From assembly GCF_011320225.1 (NCBI RefSeq), contig NZ_JAAOEN010000005.1, positions 280,949 to 304,948 on the forward strand: a DNA stretch of 24,000 bases, in the 5' to 3' direction. Made by a program: the position numbers and the translations under genes. Of the stretch, positions 16,118 to 24,000 are shown piece after piece; the first letter of the stretch is position 1; each line of letters begins with the position of its first letter. The notes under the pieces are model-generated. The model did not search any database. It was not told where the DNA came from and saw only the letters and a program-made list of their open reading frames with translations. The stretch comes from Phytoactinopolyspora limicola (lineage in GTDB: Bacteria; Actinomycetota; Actinomycetes; Jiangellales; Jiangellaceae).

Positions 16118-16834
16118 TCAGGAGTTATGGGCACTGTGTCGGAGTTGGGCTTGGAGGCCGTCGAGCAGGTAGCGCAGGCCGGTGGTGAAGTCGGCGTGCC
16201 AGTCCTCATGGTCGAGGTACCGCTGTTGAGCCAGTGTCGGGTAGCGGTCTGCTTGGTCTTGGAGGAGTTGTTGGCCTAGTTCGCGGTCGTGGTCGCTGAT
16301 GTCGAGGGTCGACTCGGTGGAGGCCGATCCGACGATCTGGTTGTACAGCAGCCAGGTGGCCGCCGACAGATCGGCGCCAGTGAATCCGGCCTGGTGGAGG
16401 GTCGCTTGGAGCGTCTCCATCCGGTCGAGGAAATTCGGCCCCAGGCTGGGCCGGGCTGCCGCAACCGGTGCGACCCACGGGTGTCGGATGAGGGTCGAGC
16501 GCCAGGCCAGGGCGAGATCTTCGATCCGGTGACGCCAGGGCTTTTCGGCGGTGGGGGTTCCGGTGTCGATCTCGGCGAAGACGTGGTCCACAGCCAGGTC
16601 GAGGATGTCGTCTTTGGTCTTGACATGCCAGTACAACGACGGCGCCGCGACGTGGAGCCGTTCGGCGACCCGCCGCATGGTCAGTGCGCTGGCACCGTCG
16701 CGGTCGAGGATGTCGATCGCTGCCTCGACGATGCGTTCCCGGGTGAGCGGAGGCTCGCCGCGATCCTGGCGTGCCGGGCGGAGCCACACGCTGGACAGGG
16801 CGGGCGCGTCGGCCTCGGCGCGTCGTGTGGGCAT
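16118..16834 (-). CDS. TetR family transcriptional regulator (tetracycline-repressor-like C-terminal domain)
   Basis: The start was moved to ATG 16834 (MPTRRAEADAP...). The HTH reads LTRERIVEAAIDILDRDGASALTMRRVAERLHVAAPSLYWHVKTKDDIL. The track ORF extension to 17104 runs antisense into the divergent MFS gene. Confidence 0.85.
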   Translation of the reverse strand: MPTRRAEADAPALSSVWLRPARQDRGEPPLTRERIVEAAIDILDRDGASALTMRRVAERLHVAAPSLYWHVKTKDDILDLAVDHVFAEIDTGTPTAEKPWRHRIEDLALAWRSTLIRHPWVAPVAAARPSLGPNFLDRMETLQATLHQAGFTGADLSAATWLLYNQIVGSASTESTLDISDHDRELGQQLLQDQADRYPTLAQQRYLDHEDWHADFTTGLRYLLDGLQAQLRHSAHNS

Positions 16835-16931
16835 TGGCTGTCCTCCGTCCAGTCGTGATCCCCGCAGGGCCAGCGTAGTACTATCGTAGATGAAACTAAC
16901 GATGTTAGGGATAAGCGAACATTGATAGGGG

Positions 16932-18398
16932 ATGCTAATGCGGGAATTGTCGACACATGCTGGCCAGGCCACCCGGTGGTGGGTCTTGCCGCTGGTCGCA
17001 GCGGCACAGTTGCTGGTCGTGTTGGACGGGACCATCGTGAATATCGCGTTGCCGTCGGCCCATGCGGACTTGGGGCTGGGCGATGAAACGCGACACTGGG
17101 TCATCAGCGCCTATCTGCTGGCATTCGGCGGTCTGTTGCTGATCGGTGGTCGGGTCAGTGGCGCGATCGGCCATCGTCGCGCGTTCGTCGTTGGCCTTTT
17201 GGGGTTCGCCGGCGCCTCCTTCATCGGTGGACTTGCCTGGAGCCCGGCGGTGCTCATCGGCGCCCGGGCGTTGCAAGGTGTGTTCGCTGCGCTGCTGGCG
17301 CCGGCCGCGCTGTCCCTGTTGTCGGTGTCGTTCAGCGACCCGGCCGAACGTGGGCGAGCTTTCGGTGTCTTCGCGGCCGTCGGCGCTACCGGGTCGGCGA
17401 TCGGGCTGGTTCTGGGTGGGTTGCTGACCGAATTCGCGAGTTGGCGGTGGTGCCTTTACGTCAACGTGCCCATCGCATTGCTGGCTGCGGCCGGAGCGGT
17501 CCTGATTCCTAGGGTGGCGCCGCTGCCCCGCACCGGGCGCGTCGACGTGCTCGGGGCGGCGCTCAGTGCCGCGGGCTTAGCGGCGATCGTGGTGGGGGTC
17601 AGCCAGATCGAAGCCCACGCCGGCCTCTCGCCGACCGTGATCGCGCTGCTGGCGGGCGGGATCGTGCTGCTCGCGCTGTTCATCCGGGTCGAACGCAGCG
17701 CATCGAATCCGCTGCTGCCGCTGTCGGTGCTGGCCAGCCGAGCCCGCGCGGGTTCATTCATCGCGGTCGCGTTGATGTTCCTGGCGATGTTCGGGTTCTA
17801 CCTGTTCATGAGCTACTACACCCAGTCCGAACTCGGCTACTCACCTGTTCAGGCCGGTATGGTGCTGCTCATCCACGCGATCGCCGCCCTGGCGGGCTCG
17901 ATGCTCATCGCCGGGCGGCTACTCGGTCGCGTCTCGCCCACGCCTCTGATATTGAGCGGTCTGTTGTCGGCCGCGGCCGGACTGTTCATCGCGAGGTGGA
18001 TCGAGGTCGACTCGGCCCACGTTCTGACCTTCTATCTGGTTCCGGCCATGGTGTTGACCGGGATCGGCATGGGACTGGTCATCGCCTCCACGGCCAGCAC
18101 CGCCACCCACGGAGTACGCGGCCACGAGATCGGCGCCGCCTCGGCCACGTTCAACGCCTCTCAGCAACTCGGCGCTGCCATCGGCGTCGCCCTGCTCAAC
18201 ACCGTGGCCGTCATGGCCGCAAGGGCCCACACGGCCGATGCTTCGAGCGCCGAAGCCACCATCAACGGTTACTCCACCGCCCTCACCGTCGGCACCGGTA
18301 GCCTCCTCGCCGCCGCCGCGATCGCAGGCCTCTTGCTGCGTGCAAGCCACATCGCCGCCACCGACGATCACGAGGTGCGCCGAGGCGAGGGCTACTGA
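16932..18398 (+). CDS. MFS transporter, DHA2 (EmrB/QacA, 14-TMS) drug:H+ antiporter type
   Basis: 488 aa, hydrophobic throughout. The N-terminus reads WWVLPLVAAAQLLVVLDGTIVNIALPS, typical of DHA2, and the length is compatible with 14 TMS. The gene is divergent from the TetR gene across a 97-nt intergenic region. Confidence 0.9.
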   Translation: MLMRELSTHAGQATRWWVLPLVAAAQLLVVLDGTIVNIALPSAHADLGLGDETRHWVISAYLLAFGGLLLIGGRVSGAIGHRRAFVVGLLGFAGASFIGGLAWSPAVLIGARALQGVFAALLAPAALSLLSVSFSDPAERGRAFGVFAAVGATGSAIGLVLGGLLTEFASWRWCLYVNVPIALLAAAGAVLIPRVAPLPRTGRVDVLGAALSAAGLAAIVVGVSQIEAHAGLSPTVIALLAGGIVLLALFIRVERSASNPLLPLSVLASRARAGSFIAVALMFLAMFGFYLFMSYYTQSELGYSPVQAGMVLLIHAIAALAGSMLIAGRLLGRVSPTPLILSGLLSAAAGLFIARWIEVDSAHVLTFYLVPAMVLTGIGMGLVIASTASTATHGVRGHEIGAASATFNASQQLGAAIGVALLNTVAVMAARAHTADASSAEATINGYSTALTVGTGSLLAAAAIAGLLLRASHIAATDDHEVRRGEGY

Positions 18399-18593
18399 CC
18401 TCCGGCCTTCGGCTCCGCTACACCACGACAGTGGATCAAGGCTCCGGCCGTCCTGTCGAACGTTGGTAAGCTCGGCGCGACCAGCGTGACCACGCGACTC
18501 TCAGGACCTGGCCAGGGTTCTTAGGCTTTCCGCGGGCGGCCACCAATGCCGATTCGGCCTGGTCGCTGGCCCGGCGGCCCTGGAGGCTCAGAC

Positions 18594-19031
18594 ATGAACA
18601 CGTTGTCTCCCCGCTTGGCGGCGATCGTCGACGCGCTACCGCTCGAGCCGGGGATGCGGGTGTTGGAGATCGGCGGAGGTCCGGGGGTCGCGGCAAAGGC
18701 CGTCGCCGAGCGCGTCGGTGGTGGCCACATTCTCATGATCGACCGCTCCGCTAAGAGCATCGCCCTGGCCCAGAGGAACGCCGCCAAGGAAATCCGCGCC
18801 GGCGTCATGAGTGTCCGTCAGGTTGCCGCCGAGGACTTCCAACTTCTCGCGAACGAGCAGCCATTCGACCTGGCCTTCGCCGTCCGGGTCGGCGCCCTTG
18901 ACGGGAGGCGCCCGAAGGCTGGCGAGATCGTCCTGCAACGGATCGCCAACGCGCTCACCCCGAACGGGCGGTTGTTGATCGACGGCGGGAACCCGTTACG
19001 CGATCTGCGGCTCCCGCCACTCCACGACTGA
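18594..19031 (+). CDS. Class I SAM-dependent methyltransferase (small, substrate unknown)
   Basis: The ATG at 18594 has GGAGG 7 nt upstream. Motif I is MRVLEIGGGPGVAA, followed by ILMIDRS. The protein is 145 aa from this start; the track start is 18546. Confidence 0.75.
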   Translation: MNTLSPRLAAIVDALPLEPGMRVLEIGGGPGVAAKAVAERVGGGHILMIDRSAKSIALAQRNAAKEIRAGVMSVRQVAAEDFQLLANEQPFDLAFAVRVGALDGRRPKAGEIVLQRIANALTPNGRLLIDGGNPLRDLRLPPLHD

Positions 19032-19080
19032 CGCATAGCGTCGTGCACGGATCTCCGCCGACACACTAGAGCTTCTCGGC

Positions 19081-19637
19081 ATGGCTCGCGTCCTGTCGGC
19101 TGTCGCGTGGCCGTATGCCAACGGCCCCCGTCACATCGGCCATGTAGCCGGATTCGGCGTTCCCTCCGACGTGTTCAGTAGGTACATGCGAATGGCCGGG
19201 CACGACGTCCTCATGGTGTCCGGGACTGATGAGCACGGCACCCCCATCCTTGTGACTGCTGACGCAGAGGGTATATCGCCCCGTCAGCTAGCTGACACCA
19301 ACAACGCTGCCATCGTCCGGGATCTCGTGGATCTTGGCATGTCCTATGACCTGTTCACAGGACAACGACGGGAAATCACTACCGTGTAGTCCAAGAACTG
19401 TTTCGGACCTGCCGACGCAACGGATACGTTGTCGAGCGGGCCACGCAGGGCGCGGTCAGTCCGTCCAACGGTCGAACACTTCCAGACCGATATATCGAAG
19501 GAACCTGCCCAATATGTAGCTACACAGAGGCTCGGGGCGACCAATGTGACAGCTCGCCGGTCACCAAGCCCACGCCGATCTTCGCCAAGCTCGATCCATC
19601 TGTTGTCGCCAATGAGATCGCACGTCTCGAAGGCTGA
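19081..19637 (+). pseudogene. metG: Methionyl-tRNA synthetase remnant with a frameshift and a large internal deletion
   Basis: The N-terminus reads [56 protein letters not shown] (HIGH motif). At about 19360 one base is missing: ...DLFT then, one frame over, [64 protein letters not shown] (zinc knuckle). The reading then joins directly to a C-terminal tail, [28 protein letters not shown]. The KMSKS and anticodon-binding portion is absent. Confidence 0.8.
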
Positions 19638-19682
19638 CCCGCCGCGGCTGCCGCCGCCGATAGCGATGTGGCCAGCATCCGG

Positions 19683-21245
19683 CTATGTGTGTGAGCTTCC
19701 GGTGACGTTGGTTCCCTTGGGTGTGACGAAGAAGACGAGCGCGGCGACGCCGATCATGATGCAGCCGCCAACGAGCCCGGTTGTCTGGAGGGCGTCGGTG
19801 AAGACGGTGCCGGCTTCGTGGGCGAGGTCGGGGAGCTGGAGTTCGCCAGCGATGGCGTTTGCGGCACCGAGGGAGTCCTTGGCTTGGTCGGCGAGCACTG
19901 GATCCAGACCGGCCACCACATCCGTTCCGGCGAGGCCGGAACGGTAATACATGGCGGCGATGGTGCCGATGACCGCGATGCCGAGTACGGCGCCGAGTTC
20001 GTAAGAGGTCTCTTCCAAGGCTCCCGCGTTCCCAGCTTTGGCTTCTGGCGTGCCCATCATGATCATGGCCGACCCGATCGCGAGCGACCCGGTCCCGGCG
20101 CCGACGAGGGCGAGTGCGACGAGCACGGTGATGACGGTGAGTGTGCCGTACTGCACGCCGATGAGGAGCAAGCCGACGGCTGCCACGAAGATGCCGCCCG
20201 CGAGGACGGCGCGTGCTCCGATGGCGCGGGCCACCAACGGCGCGAGCAGCGCGGAGGCCGCGGCACCGAGCGCGGCCGGCAGCATGCGCACGCCCGCTTC
20301 GATGGGGGACGCGCCGTTGACGAGTTGCAGCCATTGGGCGATCAGCATCTGGATGGCGATCATGGCGAAGATCGAGCCCAGGGCGGCGATGATCCCGGCG
20401 GAGAAGATGCGGCTGCGGAAGAGGCTCAGGTCGAGCAGGGGAGCGTCGCTGCGGAGGCAGCGCACGACGAACCAGGCCAGCAGAATCGCCCCCACGGCAA
20501 ACGCGGTGATTGCTTGGGGGACCAGGAGGCTGGCTTCCTTGCCGAAGATCTTGATCGCCCACACCAACAGCGTCATGCCGGCGAACGAGAGCACTACGGC
20601 GAAGGCGTCCCAACGTCCAGGGTTCGGAACCCGAGACTCCGGGATGAGGAAGGCGCCCGCGACGATGGCGACGACCATCAGCGGCACGTGTACGAGGAAA
20701 GCCGCGTGCCAGGAGAAGTGCTCCAGGAGCAGGCCACCGATGAGTGGCCCGCCTGCGGCGCCGAGCATGGAGACCGCGGCCCAGATGCTCAGCGCGGCGG
20801 CGCGTTCCTTGGGGTCGGTGAAGATCACCCGGATCAAGGAGAGCGTGATCGGCATGATCATGGCTCCGCCGATGCCGAGCAGGGCGCGGATAGCGATGAC
20901 GGCTTCGGCGCTGTTGGCGAGGAGGACGAGGATCGAGACGGCACCGAAGATGACGTAGCCGATCAGCAGCATCTTCTTGCGCCCCCAGCGGTCGGCGATC
21001 GCCGAGAAAGAGACGAGCAGGCCAGCCAGAAGGAGCGAGTAGATGTCGATGATCCAGAGCTGCTGATCGGAACTGGGTTGCAGCTCGGCTGACATCTCGG
21101 GGATCGCGATGTGCAGGATCGTCATGTCCATCGTGATCACGAAGAGGCTCGCGGTGAGGACGGCGAGGGCGGCCCAGCGGCGGGCCCGACTCAGCGGAGC
21201 ATGCAGGGACGTTGGTGCGGTGTGGGGTGGTGGTGTGGTGGTCAT
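19683..21245 (-). CDS. MFS transporter, DHA2 (14-TMS) drug:H+ antiporter type
   Basis: The start was moved to ATG 21245 (MTTTPPPHTAPTS...). The protein is 520 aa with LFVITMDMTILHIAIPE and motif A-like SAIADRWGRKKMLLIG. The ATG overlaps the stop of the upstream TetR gene (ATGA at 21242-21245). The track extension to 21527 is spurious. Confidence 0.9.
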   Translation of the reverse strand: MTTTPPPHTAPTSLHAPLSRARRWAALAVLTASLFVITMDMTILHIAIPEMSAELQPSSDQQLWIIDIYSLLLAGLLVSFSAIADRWGRKKMLLIGYVIFGAVSILVLLANSAEAVIAIRALLGIGGAMIMPITLSLIRVIFTDPKERAAALSIWAAVSMLGAAGGPLIGGLLLEHFSWHAAFLVHVPLMVVAIVAGAFLIPESRVPNPGRWDAFAVVLSFAGMTLLVWAIKIFGKEASLLVPQAITAFAVGAILLAWFVVRCLRSDAPLLDLSLFRSRIFSAGIIAALGSIFAMIAIQMLIAQWLQLVNGASPIEAGVRMLPAALGAAASALLAPLVARAIGARAVLAGGIFVAAVGLLLIGVQYGTLTVITVLVALALVGAGTGSLAIGSAMIMMGTPEAKAGNAGALEETSYELGAVLGIAVIGTIAAMYYRSGLAGTDVVAGLDPVLADQAKDSLGAANAIAGELQLPDLAHEAGTVFTDALQTTGLVGGCIMIGVAALVFFVTPKGTNVTGSSHT

Positions 21246-21829
21246 GGGTTCGTTTCCTGCGTGGTTGTGACTGGGCCGGGCATGGCGACGAGCGCGCGGA
21301 TCACCGCGGTCAGCGCGTCGCGGCTCAGCGGTTCTTCGTCGAGGCCGGCATGCAGGGTTGCACCGTTGAAATAGACGGCGATCGCGGTTGCCTGGGCGTG
21401 GCCGATGTGCGGGGTGAGGAGTTCGATGAAGCGGTCGTCCCAACGCCGTGCCAGGCTGCGTAGCTGCGGATCGGTTGCTCCCGAGGCCAGCAATGCGATC
21501 GTCGCGTGCACTGCGTGCCGGTCGCACAGAAACCGGTGCAACTCCGCCGCCGCGTGCTCCGGGTTCGTCGCAATGCCGGCGAAGTCGATCGTCGCCAGCT
21601 CCTGATCGATCTCTTGTGCGAGGTACTGGAGGGCGGCTTCGCGGAGGTCATCGATCGAACTGAAGTACTTCGTCGTGGAGCCGAGGGATACCTCCGCGCG
21701 GGCCGCTACCGCACGGTGGGTCAAGGCGGCTGTGCCCGCTTCGGTGATGATCTCGCCCGCGGCGATCAGCATGGCACGCCGGCGCCCCTCAGGGTCACGA
21801 CGGCGAGGTGCCGGATTCGCAGTCGACAT
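21242..21829 (-). CDS. TetR family transcriptional regulator
   Basis: The ATG at 21829 has GAGGAGG upstream. The HTH reads RRRAMLIAAGEIITEAGTAALTHRAVAARAEVSLGSTTKYFSSIDDL. The gene is translationally coupled to the downstream MFS gene. Confidence 0.85.
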   Translation of the reverse strand: MSTANPAPRRRDPEGRRRAMLIAAGEIITEAGTAALTHRAVAARAEVSLGSTTKYFSSIDDLREAALQYLAQEIDQELATIDFAGIATNPEHAAAELHRFLCDRHAVHATIALLASGATDPQLRSLARRWDDRFIELLTPHIGHAQATAIAVYFNGATLHAGLDEEPLSRDALTAVIRALVAMPGPVTTTQETNP

Positions 21830-21883
21830 GTCGACCTCCTCAACGTCCACCGTTCTGGGGATGACCCTCGACCGGTAGGGAAC

Positions 21884-21910
21884 ATTTGTACATGTACTTT
21901 TGTACATCAT
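21884..21910. promoter_or_regulatory. Overlapping TGTACA/GTAC palindromes, candidate TetR operator and promoter
   Basis: The sequence is acatttGTACATGTACttttGTACATcat. GTACATGTAC (21888-21897) is a perfect 10-bp palindrome, and ATGTAC-tttt-GTACAT (21892-21907) is a perfect inverted repeat. It is AT-rich relative to its surroundings and lies 55-80 nt upstream of the TetR start. Confidence 0.5.
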
Positions 21911-22081
21911 GACAGAAAGCCGTCGCAACCTCGAGAATTGTGGTCAACAGTCGGCCACAATTGCCACTACCGTCATAGCTGTCAGAGTCGCGCCGCCCTG
22001 TGGTGGCGACGAGCCAGATCAGAGGTCGATCCCGCCCATCCAGGGCGGTGGCCCGCACGTTCGCACATGAGGAGTACCGCT

Positions 22082-22942
22082 ATGACCATTGCCGTGACGA
22101 CGCCCACCGGGAACGTCGGCGCACATCTGCTTCGCCTACTGGTGCAGGCTGGGGTCCGCCCGCGAGCCCTACTTCGTGACCCGTCGAAGCTGGGCCCGGA
22201 CGTCGCCGACCAGGTGGAGGCGGTGAAGTTCGACGCGTGGGATGCGGGTTCCGTGATCGAAGCGACGAGCGGGGTCAGCGCCTTGTATTGGGTCAGTCCT
22301 ACTGCGATGGACCGCGACCCGCTGGCGGCCCACGCCATGGCCGCGCGTCATGTCCGGGCCGCCGTTGAGCAGAACCGGATCGACCGGGTCGTGTTCCAGT
22401 CCAGCGTCGGAGCGGAGAAACGGCATGGCGTGGGTGAGATCGACGGCCTCGCTGCGACCGAGGTGGAGCTCGACTCGACCGGTGCCTCGGTCACCCACCT
22501 CCGGTGCGGCTACTTCTTCACCAACCTGCTGATGGAGATCGAGTCGATCCGCGGCGGCGTGTTTGCCACGGCGATGGATCTGGACCGGCGCCTGCCATGG
22601 GTGGCGCCCCAGGACATCGCCGCGGTGGCTGCTGGCCGGCTACTTTCGTCCGCCTGGACCGGGCGGCACGTCCAAGCCGTGCATGGTCCCGAGGATCTGT
22701 CGTTCCGCCAGGTAGCCGAGCAACTGTCGGCCTCGCTGGGCCATTCGGTGGTGCCCCAGCAGCTCACCGACCAGGACGTTCGGACCGCCCTCGGCGATCT
22801 CGGTCTGCCTGCGCCTCAGATCGAGGCGTTGGTGCAGATGACGGCAGGGATCAGGGACGATTTCACCCCGGAGGATCCGCGCGGCTACCAAACGACGACG
22901 CCGACGACGCTCGCGGCCTGGGCGGCGACCCACCTCGGCTGA
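22082..22942 (+). CDS. NmrA-family / NAD(P)H-binding atypical SDR protein
   Basis: The ATG at 22082 has GAGGAG 7 nt upstream. The protein begins MTIAVTTPTGNVGAHLLRLLVQAGVRPRALLRDPSKL, a glycine-rich NAD(P) loop. Its 286-aa length and layout are typical of NmrA-like proteins. The track start at 21506 is a spurious extension. Confidence 0.8.
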   Translation: MTIAVTTPTGNVGAHLLRLLVQAGVRPRALLRDPSKLGPDVADQVEAVKFDAWDAGSVIEATSGVSALYWVSPTAMDRDPLAAHAMAARHVRAAVEQNRIDRVVFQSSVGAEKRHGVGEIDGLAATEVELDSTGASVTHLRCGYFFTNLLMEIESIRGGVFATAMDLDRRLPWVAPQDIAAVAAGRLLSSAWTGRHVQAVHGPEDLSFRQVAEQLSASLGHSVVPQQLTDQDVRTALGDLGLPAPQIEALVQMTAGIRDDFTPEDPRGYQTTTPTTLAAWAATHLG

Positions 22943-22967
22943 TAGCCTCCGCCCTAGTTGCCTCCGA

Positions 22968-23098
22968 CCTGTCAGGCCTGACAGGAGCGTCGCTGCTGCA
23001 CACGTAGTTGTCAGGCCTGACGCTCGGTGCCGGAACTCCGCGCTGTCCGGCCTGACACGAGTGTCGGCCCTGCTCACAGAGTTGTCCGGCCTGACAGG
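22968..23098. repeat. Tandem 74-bp duplication carrying four TGTCMGGCCTGACA palindromes (REP-like intergenic element)
   Basis: The palindrome cores lie at 22970-22983 (within the perfect 18-bp CCTGTCAGGCCTGACAGG), 23009-23021, 23044-23057 and 23083-23096, spaced 39, 35 and 39 bp. Units starting at 22969 and 23043 align at roughly four-fifths identity over about 53 nt by hand. The array lies between convergent gene ends at 22942 and 23116. Confidence 0.8.
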
Positions 23099-23115
23099 TG
23101 GGCCAGCAAGGGTGG

Positions 23116-23772
23116 TTACCGCGGTGGAGCGACGAGGCCCATCTCGTAGGCGATGATGACGAGCTGCACTCGGTCGCGGGCGTCGAGTTTGGTGAGTAGG
23201 TGTGCCACATGTGACTTGGCCGTGGCCGGGCTGATGAACAGCGTTGCGGCGATCTCACCATTCGACAAGCCGCGGCCCACGAGGGTGAGGACCTCGCGTT
23301 CCCGCTCGGTGATGCCGTCGATGGGGCGGCGCGTCGGGCCTGGTTCAGGTCGGGCGACGAACTCCTCGATCAGCCGGCGCGTCACACTCGGTGCGATGAG
23401 GGAGTCGCCGTTGGCGACGACGCGGATAGCGGCCAAGATGTCGTCGAGAGGCATGTCCTTGACGAGGAACCCGCTGGCGCCGGCCCGCAGCGCGCCGTAG
23501 ACGTACTCGTCGTCGTCGAACGTGGTGAGGACCAGCACCCGTGTTGTCCCTGGACCTTCGGTGATGATCTGGGTTGCTTCGATGCCGTCCATACCTGGCA
23601 TCCGGATGTCCATCACGGCGACGTCGGGCTGGGCATCGTGAACCAGTTGGACGGCTTTGGCGCCGGTACCGGCTTCGCCGACGACGTCGAGGCCGGGATC
23701 GTCGGCGATGAGCACGCGTAGCCCTGCGCGTACCAGCGGCTGGTCGTCAGCGAGTATGACGCGGACGGTCAC
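23116..23772 (-). CDS. Two-component response regulator, NarL/LuxR (GerE HTH) family
   Basis: GTG 23772 overlaps the kinase stop (GTGA). The receiver domain reads VRVILADDQPLVRAGL...DVAVMDIRMPGMDG. The C-terminal HTH reads LTEREREVLTLVGRGLSNGEIAATLFISPATAKSHVAHLLTKL. The track start at 23979 is an out-of-context extension. Confidence 0.9.
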   Translation of the reverse strand: MTVRVILADDQPLVRAGLRVLIADDPGLDVVGEAGTGAKAVQLVHDAQPDVAVMDIRMPGMDGIEATQIITEGPGTTRVLVLTTFDDDEYVYGALRAGASGFLVKDMPLDDILAAIRVVANGDSLIAPSVTRRLIEEFVARPEPGPTRRPIDGITEREREVLTLVGRGLSNGEIAATLFISPATAKSHVAHLLTKLDARDRVQLVIIAYEMGLVAPPR

Positions 23773-24000
23773 GGGGCCTCCGGTGGGACCGGCAGTGAAA
23801 CCGCGACCCGGAAGCCACCGGCAGGTTGTGGGCCGGCGTCGAACCGTCCGCTCAGCAGACCGGCTCGTTCGCGCATCCCGGCGATGCCGTAACCGGTCTC
23901 CGCTACTGGCCCGCCAGCTCCGTCGTCGACGATCTCGATGGACAGCTCGTCCTCCTGGCAGTCGATGACAACATGGCACTCGTGCACTCCAGCATGCCGC
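23769..24000 (-). CDS. Sensor histidine kinase (NarX/HisKA_3-type), C-terminal HATPase part only; 5' end is outside the window
   Basis: ...LSIEIVDDGAGGPVAETGYGIAGMRERAGLLSGRFDAGPQPAGGFRVAVSLP carries DxGxG and GxGxxGMRERA boxes. The frame stays open to the window edge. Confidence 0.8.
   Translation of the reverse strand, partial: RHAGVHECHVVIDCQEDELSIEIVDDGAGGPVAETGYGIAGMRERAGLLSGRFDAGPQPAGGFRVAVSLPVPPEAP

Noticed and set aside
16835-17104. Upstream extensions of track ORFs 16118..17104, 19683..21527, 21506..22942 and 23116..23979
   Set aside because: In each case the recognisable domain starts at an internal ATG/GTG with an RBS or a stop/start overlap. The extension also runs antisense through, or overlaps, a neighbouring well-supported gene.
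19561-21092. 350-aa and 424-aa ORFs (19561..20613 minus, 19818..21092 plus) plus 20038..20958 inside the MFS gene
   Set aside because: The Arg/His/Asp/Gly-rich translations have no hydrophobic or motif structure. The 520-aa MFS frame explains the region.
22968-23098. Palindromic repeat array as a CRISPR array
   Set aside because: There are only four short (14-18 bp) fully palindromic cores. The sequences between them are themselves duplicated by the 74-bp tandem unit. The spacing of 35-39 bp includes the repeat, and the window has no leader or cas genes.
1-24000. tRNA, rRNA or riboswitch elements
   Set aside because: Scanning by eye, I found no GGTTCGAATCC-type T-arm with an acceptor context, no rRNA-like segments, and no conserved riboswitch cores in the 5' leaders.

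Overview
High-GC, actinobacterial-type sequence: many GTG/TTG starts, GGAGG-type ribosome-binding sites (RBS), TANNNT -10 hexamers, twin-arginine (Tat) signals and a mycothiol-type DinB-like protein. All calls come from reading the sequence and recognising motifs; no searches were run. The window has five blocks. (1) 1-6650 is a compact catabolic-looking cluster of two divergent operons. The minus operon encodes creatininase-family, Gfo/Idh/MocA, ACC-deaminase-family and epimerase proteins. The plus operon encodes two amidohydrolases, followed by a convergent GntR/FCD regulator. A near-identical 35-bp promoter/operator cassette occurs twice, at 3632 and 6701. (2) 6700-9690 starts with the second cassette, which points into about 0.9 kb with no clean gene. 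This is followed by a Tat-exported 671-aa right-handed beta-helix (pectate-lyase-3 type) protein and a strong hairpin. (3) 9690-13460 is a decay zone. It holds a GH3 C-terminal stump, an intact LysR gene, an integrase-like remnant, an ArdC-like stump, a Mu-type transposase C-terminal stump and a frameshifted ExeA/TniB-like ATPase. (4) 13495-22942 is dense in regulator/efflux modules: SMR+TetR, MarR/DinB-like, TetR/MFS, a SAM methyltransferase, TetR+MFS and NmrA. It also contains a dead methionyl-tRNA synthetase copy. (5) 22968-24000 holds a 74-bp tandem duplication carrying four TGTCMGGCCTGACA palindromes between convergent genes, then a NarL/LuxR response regulator and the 3' part of its histidine kinase. 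I saw no rRNA, tRNA, CRISPR array or recognisable defence system. The most unusual items are the duplicated promoter/operator cassette with its unassigned target region, the substrate-unknown N-compound cluster, and the palindrome array.
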